From contig JACRJY010000098.1 in assembly GCA_016235585.1 (NCBI GenBank), positions 8,810 through 72,809 on the forward strand: 64,000 nucleotides of DNA, in the 5' to 3' direction. Position numbers and translations under genes: made by a program. Below the pieces are notes generated by a model. That model made no database searches, had not been told where the DNA came from, and saw only the letters and a program-made list of their open reading frames with translations. The DNA is from Verrucomicrobiota bacterium (lineage in GTDB: Bacteria; Verrucomicrobiota; Verrucomicrobiia; Limisphaerales; JACRJY01). Of the stretch, positions 17,732 to 26,427 are shown piece by piece. Each line of letters opens with the position of its first letter. The stretch's first letter is position 1.

Positions 17732-18853
17732 TCAGATGGTGCGGATCGGGCCGTCGCACTTGGAGAGTTCGGTCAGCGCCGTGGCACCGGCCAGGGCGCG
17801 GATTTTCAGTTGATAGTTTCGCGTCTCGCCCGGCTCCAGAAACTGCTGCGCGAGCCGGTGCTTGTCGCGCGCGCTGCCGAGCAACGAGCCGGAGAAGGGC
17901 TCCAGTGCGCTGACATAGCAGCCGCGCGGGCCGAAGTGCTGCCAGTTCGCCATGCGCGGCAGCGCCTTCTTCGGGTAGCTGATTTCGAGGCCAAGCTGGA
18001 GCTTGTCGTTGATGAGACCGATGCGACACCAGCCATCGCGTTCCGCTTCGGCTTCCAAGATGAGACCTCGTTCGCCGTTGCCTGCGTGCTGCGGCAGGCC
18101 AGCGGGCACGCGCTTGAGTTTGTTCATCGCGGCGGCGGCGAGCGGCTGCACGATGTCCTGTCCCGGCGGTGGCGGCATGATCCAATGCTCCGCCTTGCCG
18201 CGATAAATGAAGCGCGCGCCACGGTCGAGCAGCGGCCAGCCGAGGTTGCAGTGGTAAAGCCAGTGATGCGCCGCGCGCGCGTCTCCGCGATTCGTCACGG
18301 CGTCAGCGATGCGAATCTCCGGCACCCCAAGCGTGCAGCGGAGGGTGCGGCGGATTTCAAAAATCGGCCCGAACGCGCGCGAGTCACGCACGATGAGGCC
18401 GAGTTCCATTTGTTGACGGCCATTGTGCGGGTCGGGATTGCGAAGCGTTTCGATCTGCGCGCACTGGCCGGAGTAGCGGCCGTGCAGCGAGGTTTTCACC
18501 CCGTCCTCCTCACGCGGGCCGCCCAAGTATTCCGGGCCGCAAGTCGTCACCAGCCCGCCCGCCCAGCCGCGCAGCCATTCCGCGCCCGCGTGATACGCCG
18601 CGCTCGGCGGCACGAGGCCATTGGGCGTGAGGTAGGCGAGCGAGAACTGGTTAAAGCTCGCATCCACGATGTCGCCCCCGCGGTCGAGTGCGACGGTGAA
18701 ACGCAATCCCGCGCCCGTGTCGAACAGCGCCACACGCGTCGCGCACCCGCCACCCGCGCCCGGCGAATCCAGCGTGCCGGTGCGGATGCCGCCGAGTTGG
18801 AGGGCATTTTCAAACTTGGCGAGGTCGGGTTTCATCATTGCTTGCGGCTTCAT
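17732..18853 (-). CDS. aldose 1-epimerase-like (DUF4432-type mutarotase-fold) protein
   Basis: The start at 18853 overlaps the upstream stop by ATGA. All-beta composition, an LHGR motif and His-rich WLYHCNLGWP are typical of mutarotase-like proteins. Confidence 0.5.
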   Translation of the reverse strand: MKPQAMMKPDLAKFENALQLGGIRTGTLDSPGAGGGCATRVALFDTGAGLRFTVALDRGGDIVDASFNQFSLAYLTPNGLVPPSAAYHAGAEWLRGWAGGLVTTCGPEYLGGPREEDGVKTSLHGRYSGQCAQIETLRNPDPHNGRQQMELGLIVRDSRAFGPIFEIRRTLRCTLGVPEIRIADAVTNRGDARAAHHWLYHCNLGWPLLDRGARFIYRGKAEHWIMPPPPGQDIVQPLAAAAMNKLKRVPAGLPQHAGNGERGLILEAEAERDGWCRIGLINDKLQLGLEISYPKKALPRMANWQHFGPRGCYVSALEPFSGSLLGSARDKHRLAQQFLEPGETRNYQLKIRALAGATALTELSKCDGPIRTI

Positions 18854-19962
18854 TCTCCGTGTGAACGTATTTCGGCGTAGAGCGTGACGATCTCCTGGAA
18901 GGGCGCGGCGTAATACCCGCGGTAGTCCTCGCCCCGCTTGAGGCATTCATAGAAGGACTTCGCCCGGCCATCGTGCGGCGCGGAGCGCGAGTTTTCGTGA
19001 AGGATGTAGAGGTCGCTGCTGAAGCCTGCCAGTAGCCGGAGCTTCGCCGTGTCGCGCATGATTCGCATGGCCGCACGATTCCTCCCGGCGGGGAGCGGCA
19101 TATTTTTCTCCGCGTCATCATAGCCGGGGTAGCCGCCGCGCGGGGTGGAGTTGTAGTCCCAGGCGACGGTCACCAGATTCCACGCCACGGGCCGGGAGCC
19201 TGGATTGCGGGCCTTCACCCATTGCCGCAACGTGTCTGCGCCGAAGCCGGGTTGCAGCCAGTCCTCGGTGTTGCGCCGACCATGACAAAGGGCGCTCCAA
19301 GTGTCCGCCACGGCGGCGGTGAACGGGGCATCGAGCGCTTCGCCGGGCTGGAGTCCGAGCCGGATCAAGCCTGCCGGAAACAGGCGATCAAGAATAGGCG
19401 CGGCGGTGCCAAGATCGCGCTGCGCGGCGATGTCGTAGATCGCCAGGTGGTGCGCGTTGATCGTGTCACGGAAGAACTCCGCGACCGAAGCAAGTTCATC
19501 GGCAGCGAAGACCGGCGTCCTGGCGCGATCATACATCCGCAGCACCAGGGCCGGGACGATTTCCACCGACTGCGGACAGGCTTTGCGCCACCAGCGAAAC
19601 AGCGTGCGCGCCTCCTCGACCGGCACCTCGCGATGATAAATAAGGTAGAGCCGGTTGGCCGCATACGTCGTGGTGAGCAGGCGGGCCGCACGCTCCACCT
19701 GCGTCTGCCATGGCATGACCGTAGCGGGGAAGTCAGGCCCGAAGTAGTTCCGCTGTGTCATCAGCCCCAGCGAAGCGTGAACCCAGAACGACCGCTCCAA
19801 TGGCGATGCTTGCCCGGCATCCTTCACGATGGGCTTTGCCGGCTGCCCGGGCAACGCGACGCCAGCACTGAAGATCATCACGCTGATGAGCACGAGCAGC
19901 TTCCGCCCACCGTGCTTCGTCGTGGCGGCGAACTTTCCAGTGTGAATTAGTGCTGCGCGCAT
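18850..19962 (-). CDS. hypothetical secreted protein
   Basis: The Met at 19962 gives a basic N-terminus plus a hydrophobic signal (KLLVLISVMIFSAGVALPG). 370 aa, no motif recognised. The upstream part of the track ORF overlaps the SDR gene and is rejected. Confidence 0.5.
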   Translation of the reverse strand: MRAALIHTGKFAATTKHGGRKLLVLISVMIFSAGVALPGQPAKPIVKDAGQASPLERSFWVHASLGLMTQRNYFGPDFPATVMPWQTQVERAARLLTTTYAANRLYLIYHREVPVEEARTLFRWWRKACPQSVEIVPALVLRMYDRARTPVFAADELASVAEFFRDTINAHHLAIYDIAAQRDLGTAAPILDRLFPAGLIRLGLQPGEALDAPFTAAVADTWSALCHGRRNTEDWLQPGFGADTLRQWVKARNPGSRPVAWNLVTVAWDYNSTPRGGYPGYDDAEKNMPLPAGRNRAAMRIMRDTAKLRLLAGFSSDLYILHENSRSAPHDGRAKSFYECLKRGEDYRGYYAAPFQEIVTLYAEIRSHGE

Positions 19963-19997
19963 TTTCGGATTTCGAGTTCCGAGTTTCCGTGCAGAGG

Positions 19998-20774
19998 CTA
20001 CCACGGCGGCAGCGCCATCGTGCCGCCGTCGAGCACGATGGAGGTGCCGTTGATGTAGCCCGCGTCGTCGCTGAGGAGGAACGCGGCGGTTTGCGCGATG
20101 TCGCCGGGCTGGCCGAGCCGACGCACGGGGATGCGGCGCGCGACTTCGGCGTAAAGTTCGGCGACCGGTTTGTCCCAGCCCTCGCAACTCGCCGCGAGCA
20201 TCGGGGTGTCAATCGTGCCGGGGCAGATGCCGACGACGCGCACCTTGCCGGCGTGGTCGGTGGCGAGGCAGCGGATCATGGATTCGAGCGCGGCCTTCGA
20301 GGCGCAGTAGAGCGCGTGCGCCGGGAAGCCGATGAACGCCGCCACCGACGTCGTGATGAGAAAGACGCCCTTGCCTTGCCGCTCCATCACGGGCACGACG
20401 TGCTTCGCGGTCCAGAACACGCTCTTCACATTCACGCCCATGATTTTTTCCCACGCGGCGTCGTTGAACTCGGTGACCTTGCCCTTGCCCCACACGCCCG
20501 CGTTGCAATGCACGCCGTCAATGCGCCCGTAAAGCTCCACCGCGCGCGCGACCATCGCCTTCACGCTGTCCTCGCGCGACACGTCGGCGAACACGAAGCG
20601 CGCGTCGCAGCCCGCCGCGCGCAGTTCCTTTTCGAGCGCCGCGCCGCGGTCGTCCTGGTTCGACGCGATGACCACGCGCGCGCCGAGCGCCGCGAAATGC
20701 CGGCTGCACGCCTCGCCAATGCCCGACGTGCCGCCGGTGACGAGGAGGACTTTGTCATGGAGGGAGGTGCTCAT
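19998..20774 (-). CDS. SDR family oxidoreductase
   Basis: Met at 20774. TGGTSGIG cofactor motif, NAG, and catalytic Y-x-x-x-K (YCASK). Confidence 0.85.
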   Translation of the reverse strand: MSTSLHDKVLLVTGGTSGIGEACSRHFAALGARVVIASNQDDRGAALEKELRAAGCDARFVFADVSREDSVKAMVARAVELYGRIDGVHCNAGVWGKGKVTEFNDAAWEKIMGVNVKSVFWTAKHVVPVMERQGKGVFLITTSVAAFIGFPAHALYCASKAALESMIRCLATDHAGKVRVVGICPGTIDTPMLAASCEGWDKPVAELYAEVARRIPVRRLGQPGDIAQTAAFLLSDDAGYINGTSIVLDGGTMALPPW

Positions 20775-20794
20775 AGTATCAATCCGGCGCGGCA

Positions 20795-21313
20795 TTAAGA
20801 GCTCGTCTCGTCCTTTCCAGCGTAAAGACGAAGCATTGCTAACATCATTGGCATGTTCTGATACCCGAAAGGAACCATTTTCCGAGGAACCTCACCCGTA
20901 TCAATCATCAATCCAGTTGTCGTGATTGTGACCTTCTTAATGTCGCGCATCGCAACAACCTCGCGGTGATTGCCGAAACAGATTTCAAGAGAGCTCCGCG
21001 TGACTACAACTGCACATTGGGCATAAAACCAAACGTAGAAAATGCCAATGAGAATCAGAATGACGCCGAAGCAGAACTGTATCATAGGTCTTCGACTCGC
21101 CGAAAGGCCGGCGAGGACCCAAACTCCAACCCCTATCAGCAAGAGCATCGCCCAATATGAGGTTGGCGATGTTCGGAACTTGGTGTCAGGAAATTCGGTG
21201 CTGCGGAACTTTTGCGCTCGTGCTTCACAAGTGAACGCTTGAATGAGGTTGGCGACGACACGAACTGCTGGCGTGAGAATCAATATTAGAATTGTCCCGC
21301 TGAATTCAGACAT
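20795..21313 (-). CDS. AT-rich orphan membrane protein (possible bacterial PH-like domain)
   Basis: 172-aa ORF in a clearly AT-richer ~520-bp patch. Three hydrophobic helices, then a soluble tail (VVVTRSSLEICFGNHREVVAMRDIKKVTITTTGLMID). Confidence 0.45.
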   Translation of the reverse strand: MSEFSGTILILILTPAVRVVANLIQAFTCEARAQKFRSTEFPDTKFRTSPTSYWAMLLLIGVGVWVLAGLSASRRPMIQFCFGVILILIGIFYVWFYAQCAVVVTRSSLEICFGNHREVVAMRDIKKVTITTTGLMIDTGEVPRKMVPFGYQNMPMMLAMLRLYAGKDETSS

Positions 21314-21334
21314 CGTCGTTCTTCCGTTCGTATT

Positions 21335-21673
21335 TTACCTCCACGGCAAATCGCTGTCGTTCTCGAACTTCATGAACTCGATCACCGCGCCGTCCTTCAG
21401 CACGAAGGCGACGGTGAAGTTCGGCGACGGGTTGAACGGCTCGATGAGCACGTTCTCGCCGCGCAACGCCGCGTCGAGGTCGTCCACGCGGTAGGCCACG
21501 TGCGGCAGGTCGCGCACGGGGCCGCGCACCGGGCTGTCCTTCTCGAAGCGCAGATACTCGACACGATACGGGTGCTTGCGCGGGTCGGTCACCCAGACCT
21601 TGGTGTCTTCCACGTAGTATTCGCCGGAATGACTCTCGTCCGTCGGCAGGCCGATGTGATGGAATGTTTTCAT
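21335..21673 (-). CDS. VOC (glyoxalase/bleomycin-resistance fold) family protein
   Basis: The 112-aa ORF begins MKTFHHIGLPT, the typical first beta-strand and metal-binding His of VOC proteins. Confidence 0.55.
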   Translation of the reverse strand: MKTFHHIGLPTDESHSGEYYVEDTKVWVTDPRKHPYRVEYLRFEKDSPVRGPVRDLPHVAYRVDDLDAALRGENVLIEPFNPSPNFTVAFVLKDGAVIEFMKFENDSDLPWR

Positions 21674-21742
21674 GATGCTTCAGCAGCCATGGCAGAAAAA
21701 TTTGGGCAGAAAAATCAAAATTAAGTTCTCCATGTTCCTGCC

Positions 21743-22711
21743 CTAATTTTTCTGCCTCCCAAGTTCCTGTCTCGCCGCGATGGCGCGGTCGGCCATGCGG
21801 AAAAAATCATTCTCCGGCGCATAGCCGAGCACGGTGCGCGCGCGGGCGATGTTGATTTCAAACGGGTGATATTTCGGCGACGGAATCTCTACCGTCGGCA
21901 CGCCGAGCTTCTTCGACAGATATTCCGCTGCGACGCGATAATCGAATGCCGCCGGCCCGGCGATGTTGAACGTCTGCCCGAGCGCGGCCGGATTGCCAAG
22001 CATCCGGTCGAACGCCTGCATCACGTCGTCCACGTGGACGATGTGCCGGCGGAGCGGCGTGCCGCGCGCGTCGATGAGGATGGGGATGCGTTCCTGCTTC
22101 GCGCGCACGAGGGCGAGCACGTCGGGGCTGACTTCGCCGAAACCGTGGCCCGGCTCGGCGGGGTTCACATTGCGGAGCAGCGAGAAGTGGTTGAGCAAAT
22201 CGTCGCGCTCGAACACCCACGACGAGCGCAGCACGGTGACGGGCACGCCGTATTGGATGGCGTATTGCCCGGCCATCGTTTCCTCCATGACCTTCGAGAA
22301 CGCGTAGTAGCCGGGATACGCCGTGCGCGCGTGGCCCTCGTCGATCGGGACGGGCTGCGGATAAAACCAGATTCCGAGCGCCGCGTCGCCGCCGAAGAGG
22401 ATGAACTGCTTCACGCCGTGGCGCCGGCAGGCTTCGAGGATGTTGAACGTGCCGCGGATGCTCACATCGAAAAACGTGTCCGCGTCCTCCTTCGTGGTGG
22501 CCAGTTGCACGACGATGTCCGCGCCGCGCACGGTTTCATCCACCGCCTTCGCGTCGGCGATGCTGCCAGAAATGGAGGTGACGTTTTTGCCCGCGACCGG
22601 CGTGCGATGAATCAACGCCCGCACGGCGAGGCCGCGTCGCACGAGCACGGGCAAGGCGTGGCGTCCGAGTTTCCCGCTGGCTCCGAAGATGGCGACGGTT
22701 TTGCCGGTCAT
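21743..22711 (-). CDS. NAD-dependent epimerase/dehydratase family protein
   Basis: Met at 22711. VAIFGASGKLG Rossmann motif, Y-x-x-x-K (YAFSK), and an extended-SDR length of 322 aa. Confidence 0.8.
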   Translation of the reverse strand: MTGKTVAIFGASGKLGRHALPVLVRRGLAVRALIHRTPVAGKNVTSISGSIADAKAVDETVRGADIVVQLATTKEDADTFFDVSIRGTFNILEACRRHGVKQFILFGGDAALGIWFYPQPVPIDEGHARTAYPGYYAFSKVMEETMAGQYAIQYGVPVTVLRSSWVFERDDLLNHFSLLRNVNPAEPGHGFGEVSPDVLALVRAKQERIPILIDARGTPLRRHIVHVDDVMQAFDRMLGNPAALGQTFNIAGPAAFDYRVAAEYLSKKLGVPTVEIPSPKYHPFEINIARARTVLGYAPENDFFRMADRAIAARQELGRQKN

Positions 22712-22805
22712 GGTGTCGTGAAGGCTATCTATTGACGCAGAGCATATCGCCATTCGCGGGAAAAAGGCATTGGTTTGAAACGTCAACTTTTGGTATTTTC
22801 CGGCC

Positions 22806-23612
22806 ATGACACCGCAGCTGCAGGCCCAACGGTTTCAGCAGGCATTCATTGATCGCATGGGCGACGGCCTCCAGCTCTCCGCGCTGTTTGGCACGCTGCC
22901 GATGATCGCCTTTCTGGCCAAGGACAAGGAAAGCCGCTTCGTCTGCGCCAACGCCCGCACGCTGAAAATTTTCAACCTTGAACATGAGTGGCAGATGCTC
23001 GGCAAGAGGGATCGCGACTTCTTCCCGCGTGAACTGGCCGCAAGCTTCGTGGATGAAGACCGGCGCGTCATGCGCACGGGGAAGACGCGCACCTATTACT
23101 CGCAGATGGTGCCCGACATCAACGGCCCGCTGAACTGGTATGTCGTCTCGGTGGCCCCGCTGCGCGATGCGCGCGGACGCACCTGTGGCGTGGCCATCGT
23201 GCTCTACGACATGCACGAGGTCGGCGGCGTGACACACCATTTCCAGCAGCTTGAGCCCGCGCTGCGCGATCTGCATGCCCGCTTCCGCGAGCCCATCGAG
23301 ACACGGCAGCTCGCCGCGCTGACGCACCTTTCAGAGCGGCAGTTCACGCGGCTTTTCAGCAAGCTGACGGGCGAGACGCCCATGCGCTACCTCATCCGCC
23401 AGCGCATCCGCGCCGCCTGCCAGGACCTCATCGCCACTGATCACACCGCCGGTGCCATCGCCCTCGACTGCGGCTTCTACGATCAAAGTGCCTTCACCCG
23501 CGCCTTTCGCGCGCAGACGGGGCAAACGCCGTCCGCGTATCGGCGGCGGCATCTCGTGGGGTTGGGAGTGCGAGGAGTTGGCGCGGTGCGGGCGGAGCGG
23601 CGGCGGCCATGA
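22806..23612 (+). CDS. AraC family transcriptional regulator with N-terminal PAS-like sensor domain
   Basis: Divergent from the sugar/oxidoreductase cluster. C-terminal HTH_AraC (LSERQFTRLFSKLTGETPMRYLIRQRI ... GFYDQSAFTRAFRAQTGQTPSAYRR). Confidence 0.8.
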   Translation: MTPQLQAQRFQQAFIDRMGDGLQLSALFGTLPMIAFLAKDKESRFVCANARTLKIFNLEHEWQMLGKRDRDFFPRELAASFVDEDRRVMRTGKTRTYYSQMVPDINGPLNWYVVSVAPLRDARGRTCGVAIVLYDMHEVGGVTHHFQQLEPALRDLHARFREPIETRQLAALTHLSERQFTRLFSKLTGETPMRYLIRQRIRAACQDLIATDHTAGAIALDCGFYDQSAFTRAFRAQTGQTPSAYRRRHLVGLGVRGVGAVRAERRRP

Positions 23613-23666
23613 GGGATCCGCCGTTGAAGAAGCGCCGCCCGGACAGCCTTGCAGACATGCTTGAGT

Positions 23667-23703
23667 CCGGGGTCTGCTGACCGGGATCCGTCGCATCGCC
23701 TTG
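23667..23703 (+). repeat. 37-bp direct repeat, copy 2 (partner at 15462..15498)
   Basis: CCGGGGTCTGCTGACCGGGATCCGTCGCATCGCCTTG, 55 bp after the AraC stop and 69 bp before the tRNA-Arg. Confidence 0.7.
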
Positions 23704-23771
23704 ACCCCGCCGGGCGCGGCGGTTATAGAAGGCTCGTTCCGCCGGTGGATGGTGAAGCCGCGCGGCGTTTG

Positions 23772-23847
23772 GCCCTCATAGCTCAAATGGATAGAGCGGC
23801 GGTTTCCTAAACCGTTGATCCCTGTTCAATTCAGGGTGAGGGCACCA
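23772..23847 (+). tRNA. tRNA-Arg (anticodon CCT), CCA encoded
   Basis: Cloverleaf folded by hand: acceptor GCCCTCA/TGAGGGC, D arm GCTC-AAATGGATA-GAGC, anticodon arm GCGGT-TTCCTAA-ACCGT, T arm CCCTG-TTCAATT-CAGGG, discriminator A, then CCA. Confidence 0.85.
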
Positions 23848-23873
23848 GCAGTTTGGTTGTCACGACATCACGC

Positions 23874-24533
23874 ATGGGCAAGTTCTCTCTTCGGTTGGTC
23901 TGGCTGGCGCTGCTTGGCGGCGTCAGCGCGGGCTTGGCCAATGACGCCGTCATCGAGGGCACGGTCAGGCTGAACAAGCCGCCCGTCGCCGCGCCGCCCT
24001 CGGCGCAGCGTTATCAGGCGGGCAGCGTGCAGCCCGCGCCGCCGCCGCCGTCGCCGATGGCGGTGGTGTATCTCGAAGGAACTTTCCCCGCGCCCGCCAC
24101 GAACCCGCCGACCGTCCGGCTCGGCCAGATGAAGCTCCAGTTCGAGACGGCGCTGCTGCCGGTGCAGAAGGGCACGCTCGTCGAGTTCCCGAACACGGAC
24201 GACGTGTATCACAACGTCTTTTCCTACTCGAAGACCAAGCGCTTCGACTTGGGCCGCTACCTCAAGGATGAAAAGCCCGCCGCGCAGCGTTTCGACCAGC
24301 CGGGCGTGGTGAACCTTTACTGCGAAATCCATGAGCATATGCGCGGCGTCATTCTCGTGCTCGACACGCCGTATTTCACCAAGACCGACACCAACGGCGT
24401 CTTCCGGCTAGAGAACCTGCCCGCCGGGAAATTCACGCTCAAGGCGTGGTTGAACGAAAAGACGCCGCCTTACTCGCTGCCTGTCGAACTCGCGCCCGGC
24501 GCGAAGCTGCGCGTGGATTTGCCCGGCCAATGA
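23874..24533 (+). CDS. secreted cupredoxin-like (type-1 copper, amicyanin-type ligand spacing) protein
   Basis: The Met at 23874 gives the signal MGKFSLRLVWLALLGGVSAGLA. Candidate ligand set: His in DVYHNVFS, then C-E-I-H-E-H-M (C-x2-H-x2-M). Flanked by carboxypeptidase-regulatory-like strands. Confidence 0.6.
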   Translation: MGKFSLRLVWLALLGGVSAGLANDAVIEGTVRLNKPPVAAPPSAQRYQAGSVQPAPPPPSPMAVVYLEGTFPAPATNPPTVRLGQMKLQFETALLPVQKGTLVEFPNTDDVYHNVFSYSKTKRFDLGRYLKDEKPAAQRFDQPGVVNLYCEIHEHMRGVILVLDTPYFTKTDTNGVFRLENLPAGKFTLKAWLNEKTPPYSLPVELAPGAKLRVDLPGQ

Positions 24534-24555
24534 ATCCTTCTCCCGGCGGTGAACC

Positions 24556-26421
24556 ATGCTGGCGTTGAGCTTCCGCACCAAACTGCTCTGGAGCATGATG
24601 CTCGCGGTGGCCTGTGTCGCCGGGGCCACGCTGGTCGTCACCCAGCGCAAGGTTCACGCCGAATACGAGAAGCTTTTCAACGAGCGGCTTGACGACCTCA
24701 TCACTTATCTGCCCAAGGAGCAGGAGGCGCGCTTGAGCGCGGTGAAGGAGAAGTGCCGCGATCTCGTCCGCAACGTGCGCTTCCTTTCCGCCATCCGCGC
24801 CGGGGACGAGGAAATTCCCTATCTGCTGGCCCGTGACCAGTTGCTGATTGCCACGGGGATCGAGCGGACTCCCGCCGGCGACGATCCGGCCGCAAATGAA
24901 AGTGGCCCCGTGCGCGGCCAGCGGCAGGAGCGCCGCATCAGCGCCGCTTCGTCTTCAGGAAAAATGAGGCTTGGTTCCTTGGCGCGCCGGGTTCGCCAGG
25001 CCACTTCCATCGCGTTCGTGAACGCCGAGGGCAAACTGATCGAAGACCCGATGTGGAAACAGGCCGCCGCCTCGGTGCGCGAGCGCGTGCATCAGCAGAT
25101 GGTCAAACTCGCCCCCATGCTCGGCTCGCTCGACAAGCAGGAGGTCGGTTATCTCGCCATGGACACGGCGAACGGCGCGGCAACGCTGATCGAAATCATT
25201 GTCACGCCCATCCGTGATTCCGTGACCGGGCTGACGGACGGTGCGATGGTGCTGGGTTTTCCGTTCCAGGACAATGGCGAGGAGGCCATCAGCGACGTGA
25301 GCGACGTGGACAACGGCGTGTGGGTGGGCGGGCGGCTCTTTTCACGGACGATTCCCGCCGCCACCGTCGCGGAATTGAACCAGCGCCTCCCCGGCGAAAT
25401 CTCGCAGTTCAAGATGCCGCGCGAGCAGTTCCTCGTCACCGTCACGAACATCCCGCACCGCGTCTATTACACACCGCTCAACGCCGAGTCCAAGCTGCCC
25501 GTCGCCTACAAGGTCGGCCTCTACTCGTGGGAGGGCGCGCTCAAGGCGCAGCGCGAACTGCGCTGGCAGATTCTCGGCTTCAGCGGCCTCGCGCTGGTGG
25601 GCGCGCTGGGGTTGAGTTTGTTTCTCGCGCACAACCTCTCCGAGCCGCTCAACGCCCTCACCGCCGGCACGGCGGAGATTCAGCGCGGCAATTTCTCCGT
25701 GAAAATCCCCGTGCGCTCCCGCGACGAGATCGGGCGTCTCACCACGTCCTTCAACGAAATGGCCGAGGGCCTCGCGCTCAAGGATCGCTATCACAACCTG
25801 CTCCACATGGTCACGGACAAGGATGTGGCGCAGGAATTGATCAGCGGCAAATTCGCGCTGGGCGGCGAGCTGCGCGAGGCCAGCGTGATTTTCTGCGACA
25901 TCCGCGGCTTCACCCCGCTCACCCAGGGCATGGATCCCGCCGAGGTCATCCAGATGCTCAACGAGCACATGACCGCGCTCGCCAGCGTCGTCAACGAGCA
26001 CCACGGCATCGTGGACAAGTTCATCGGCGACTGCGTGATGGCCGTCTTCGGCGCGCCCAAGAGCTACGGCGACGACGCCGGGAACGCCGCGCTCTGCGCG
26101 CTGAAAATGATCCGCGAGCGCCAGCGGCTCAACGCATCCTCGCGCTACCAGATTGACATCGGCATCGGCGTCGCCACCGGCCAGCTCGTCGCCGGCAACA
26201 TGGGTTCGCAGAACCGCCTCAACTACACCGTGCTCGGCGAGAACGTGAACCTCGCCGCGCGCCTCTGCAGCGTCGCGGGCCGCATGGAGGTCGTCATCAG
26301 CGCGGCCACGCTCGCGCAGCTCGGCGGCCGCGCGGAGGTGACGGCGCTGCCGGATTTGAAACTCAAGGGCTTTACCGGCGGCGTGTCCGCTGCCAAGCTC
26401 CTCGCCGTGAAACCGGCCTGA
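24556..26421 (+). CDS. membrane adenylate/guanylate cyclase with periplasmic sensor region and HAMP domain
   Basis: TM1, a ~300-aa extracytoplasmic region, TM2, HAMP (EIGRLTTSFNEMAEGL), then a class III cyclase core (VIFCDIRGFTPL, FIGDCVMAVFGAP, NYTVLGENVNLAARL). Confidence 0.87.
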   Translation: MLALSFRTKLLWSMMLAVACVAGATLVVTQRKVHAEYEKLFNERLDDLITYLPKEQEARLSAVKEKCRDLVRNVRFLSAIRAGDEEIPYLLARDQLLIATGIERTPAGDDPAANESGPVRGQRQERRISAASSSGKMRLGSLARRVRQATSIAFVNAEGKLIEDPMWKQAAASVRERVHQQMVKLAPMLGSLDKQEVGYLAMDTANGAATLIEIIVTPIRDSVTGLTDGAMVLGFPFQDNGEEAISDVSDVDNGVWVGGRLFSRTIPAATVAELNQRLPGEISQFKMPREQFLVTVTNIPHRVYYTPLNAESKLPVAYKVGLYSWEGALKAQRELRWQILGFSGLALVGALGLSLFLAHNLSEPLNALTAGTAEIQRGNFSVKIPVRSRDEIGRLTTSFNEMAEGLALKDRYHNLLHMVTDKDVAQELISGKFALGGELREASVIFCDIRGFTPLTQGMDPAEVIQMLNEHMTALASVVNEHHGIVDKFIGDCVMAVFGAPKSYGDDAGNAALCALKMIRERQRLNASSRYQIDIGIGVATGQLVAGNMGSQNRLNYTVLGENVNLAARLCSVAGRMEVVISAATLAQLGGRAEVTALPDLKLKGFTGGVSAAKLLAVKPA

Positions 26422-26427
26422 CGAAGC

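Noticed and set aside
16655-18880. 741-aa plus-strand ORF spanning two oxidoreductase/epimerase genes on the opposite strand
   Set aside because: Antisense shadow. The minus-strand products have clear Rossmann/EKP and mutarotase-like motifs, while this one is low-complexity and Arg/Ala-rich.
23331-23786. 151-aa minus-strand ORF overlapping the AraC gene end and the tRNA-Arg 5' end
   Set aside because: It is antisense to a well-supported regulator gene, overlaps a tRNA, and has a low-complexity Arg/Pro/Gly composition.
23772-23847. tRNA-Arg as the attachment site of an integrative element
   Set aside because: No integrase or excisionase is nearby, and no repeat of the tRNA 3' end occurs in the window. 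The nearby 37-bp direct repeat does not overlap the tRNA, so it is reported only as a low-interest observation.
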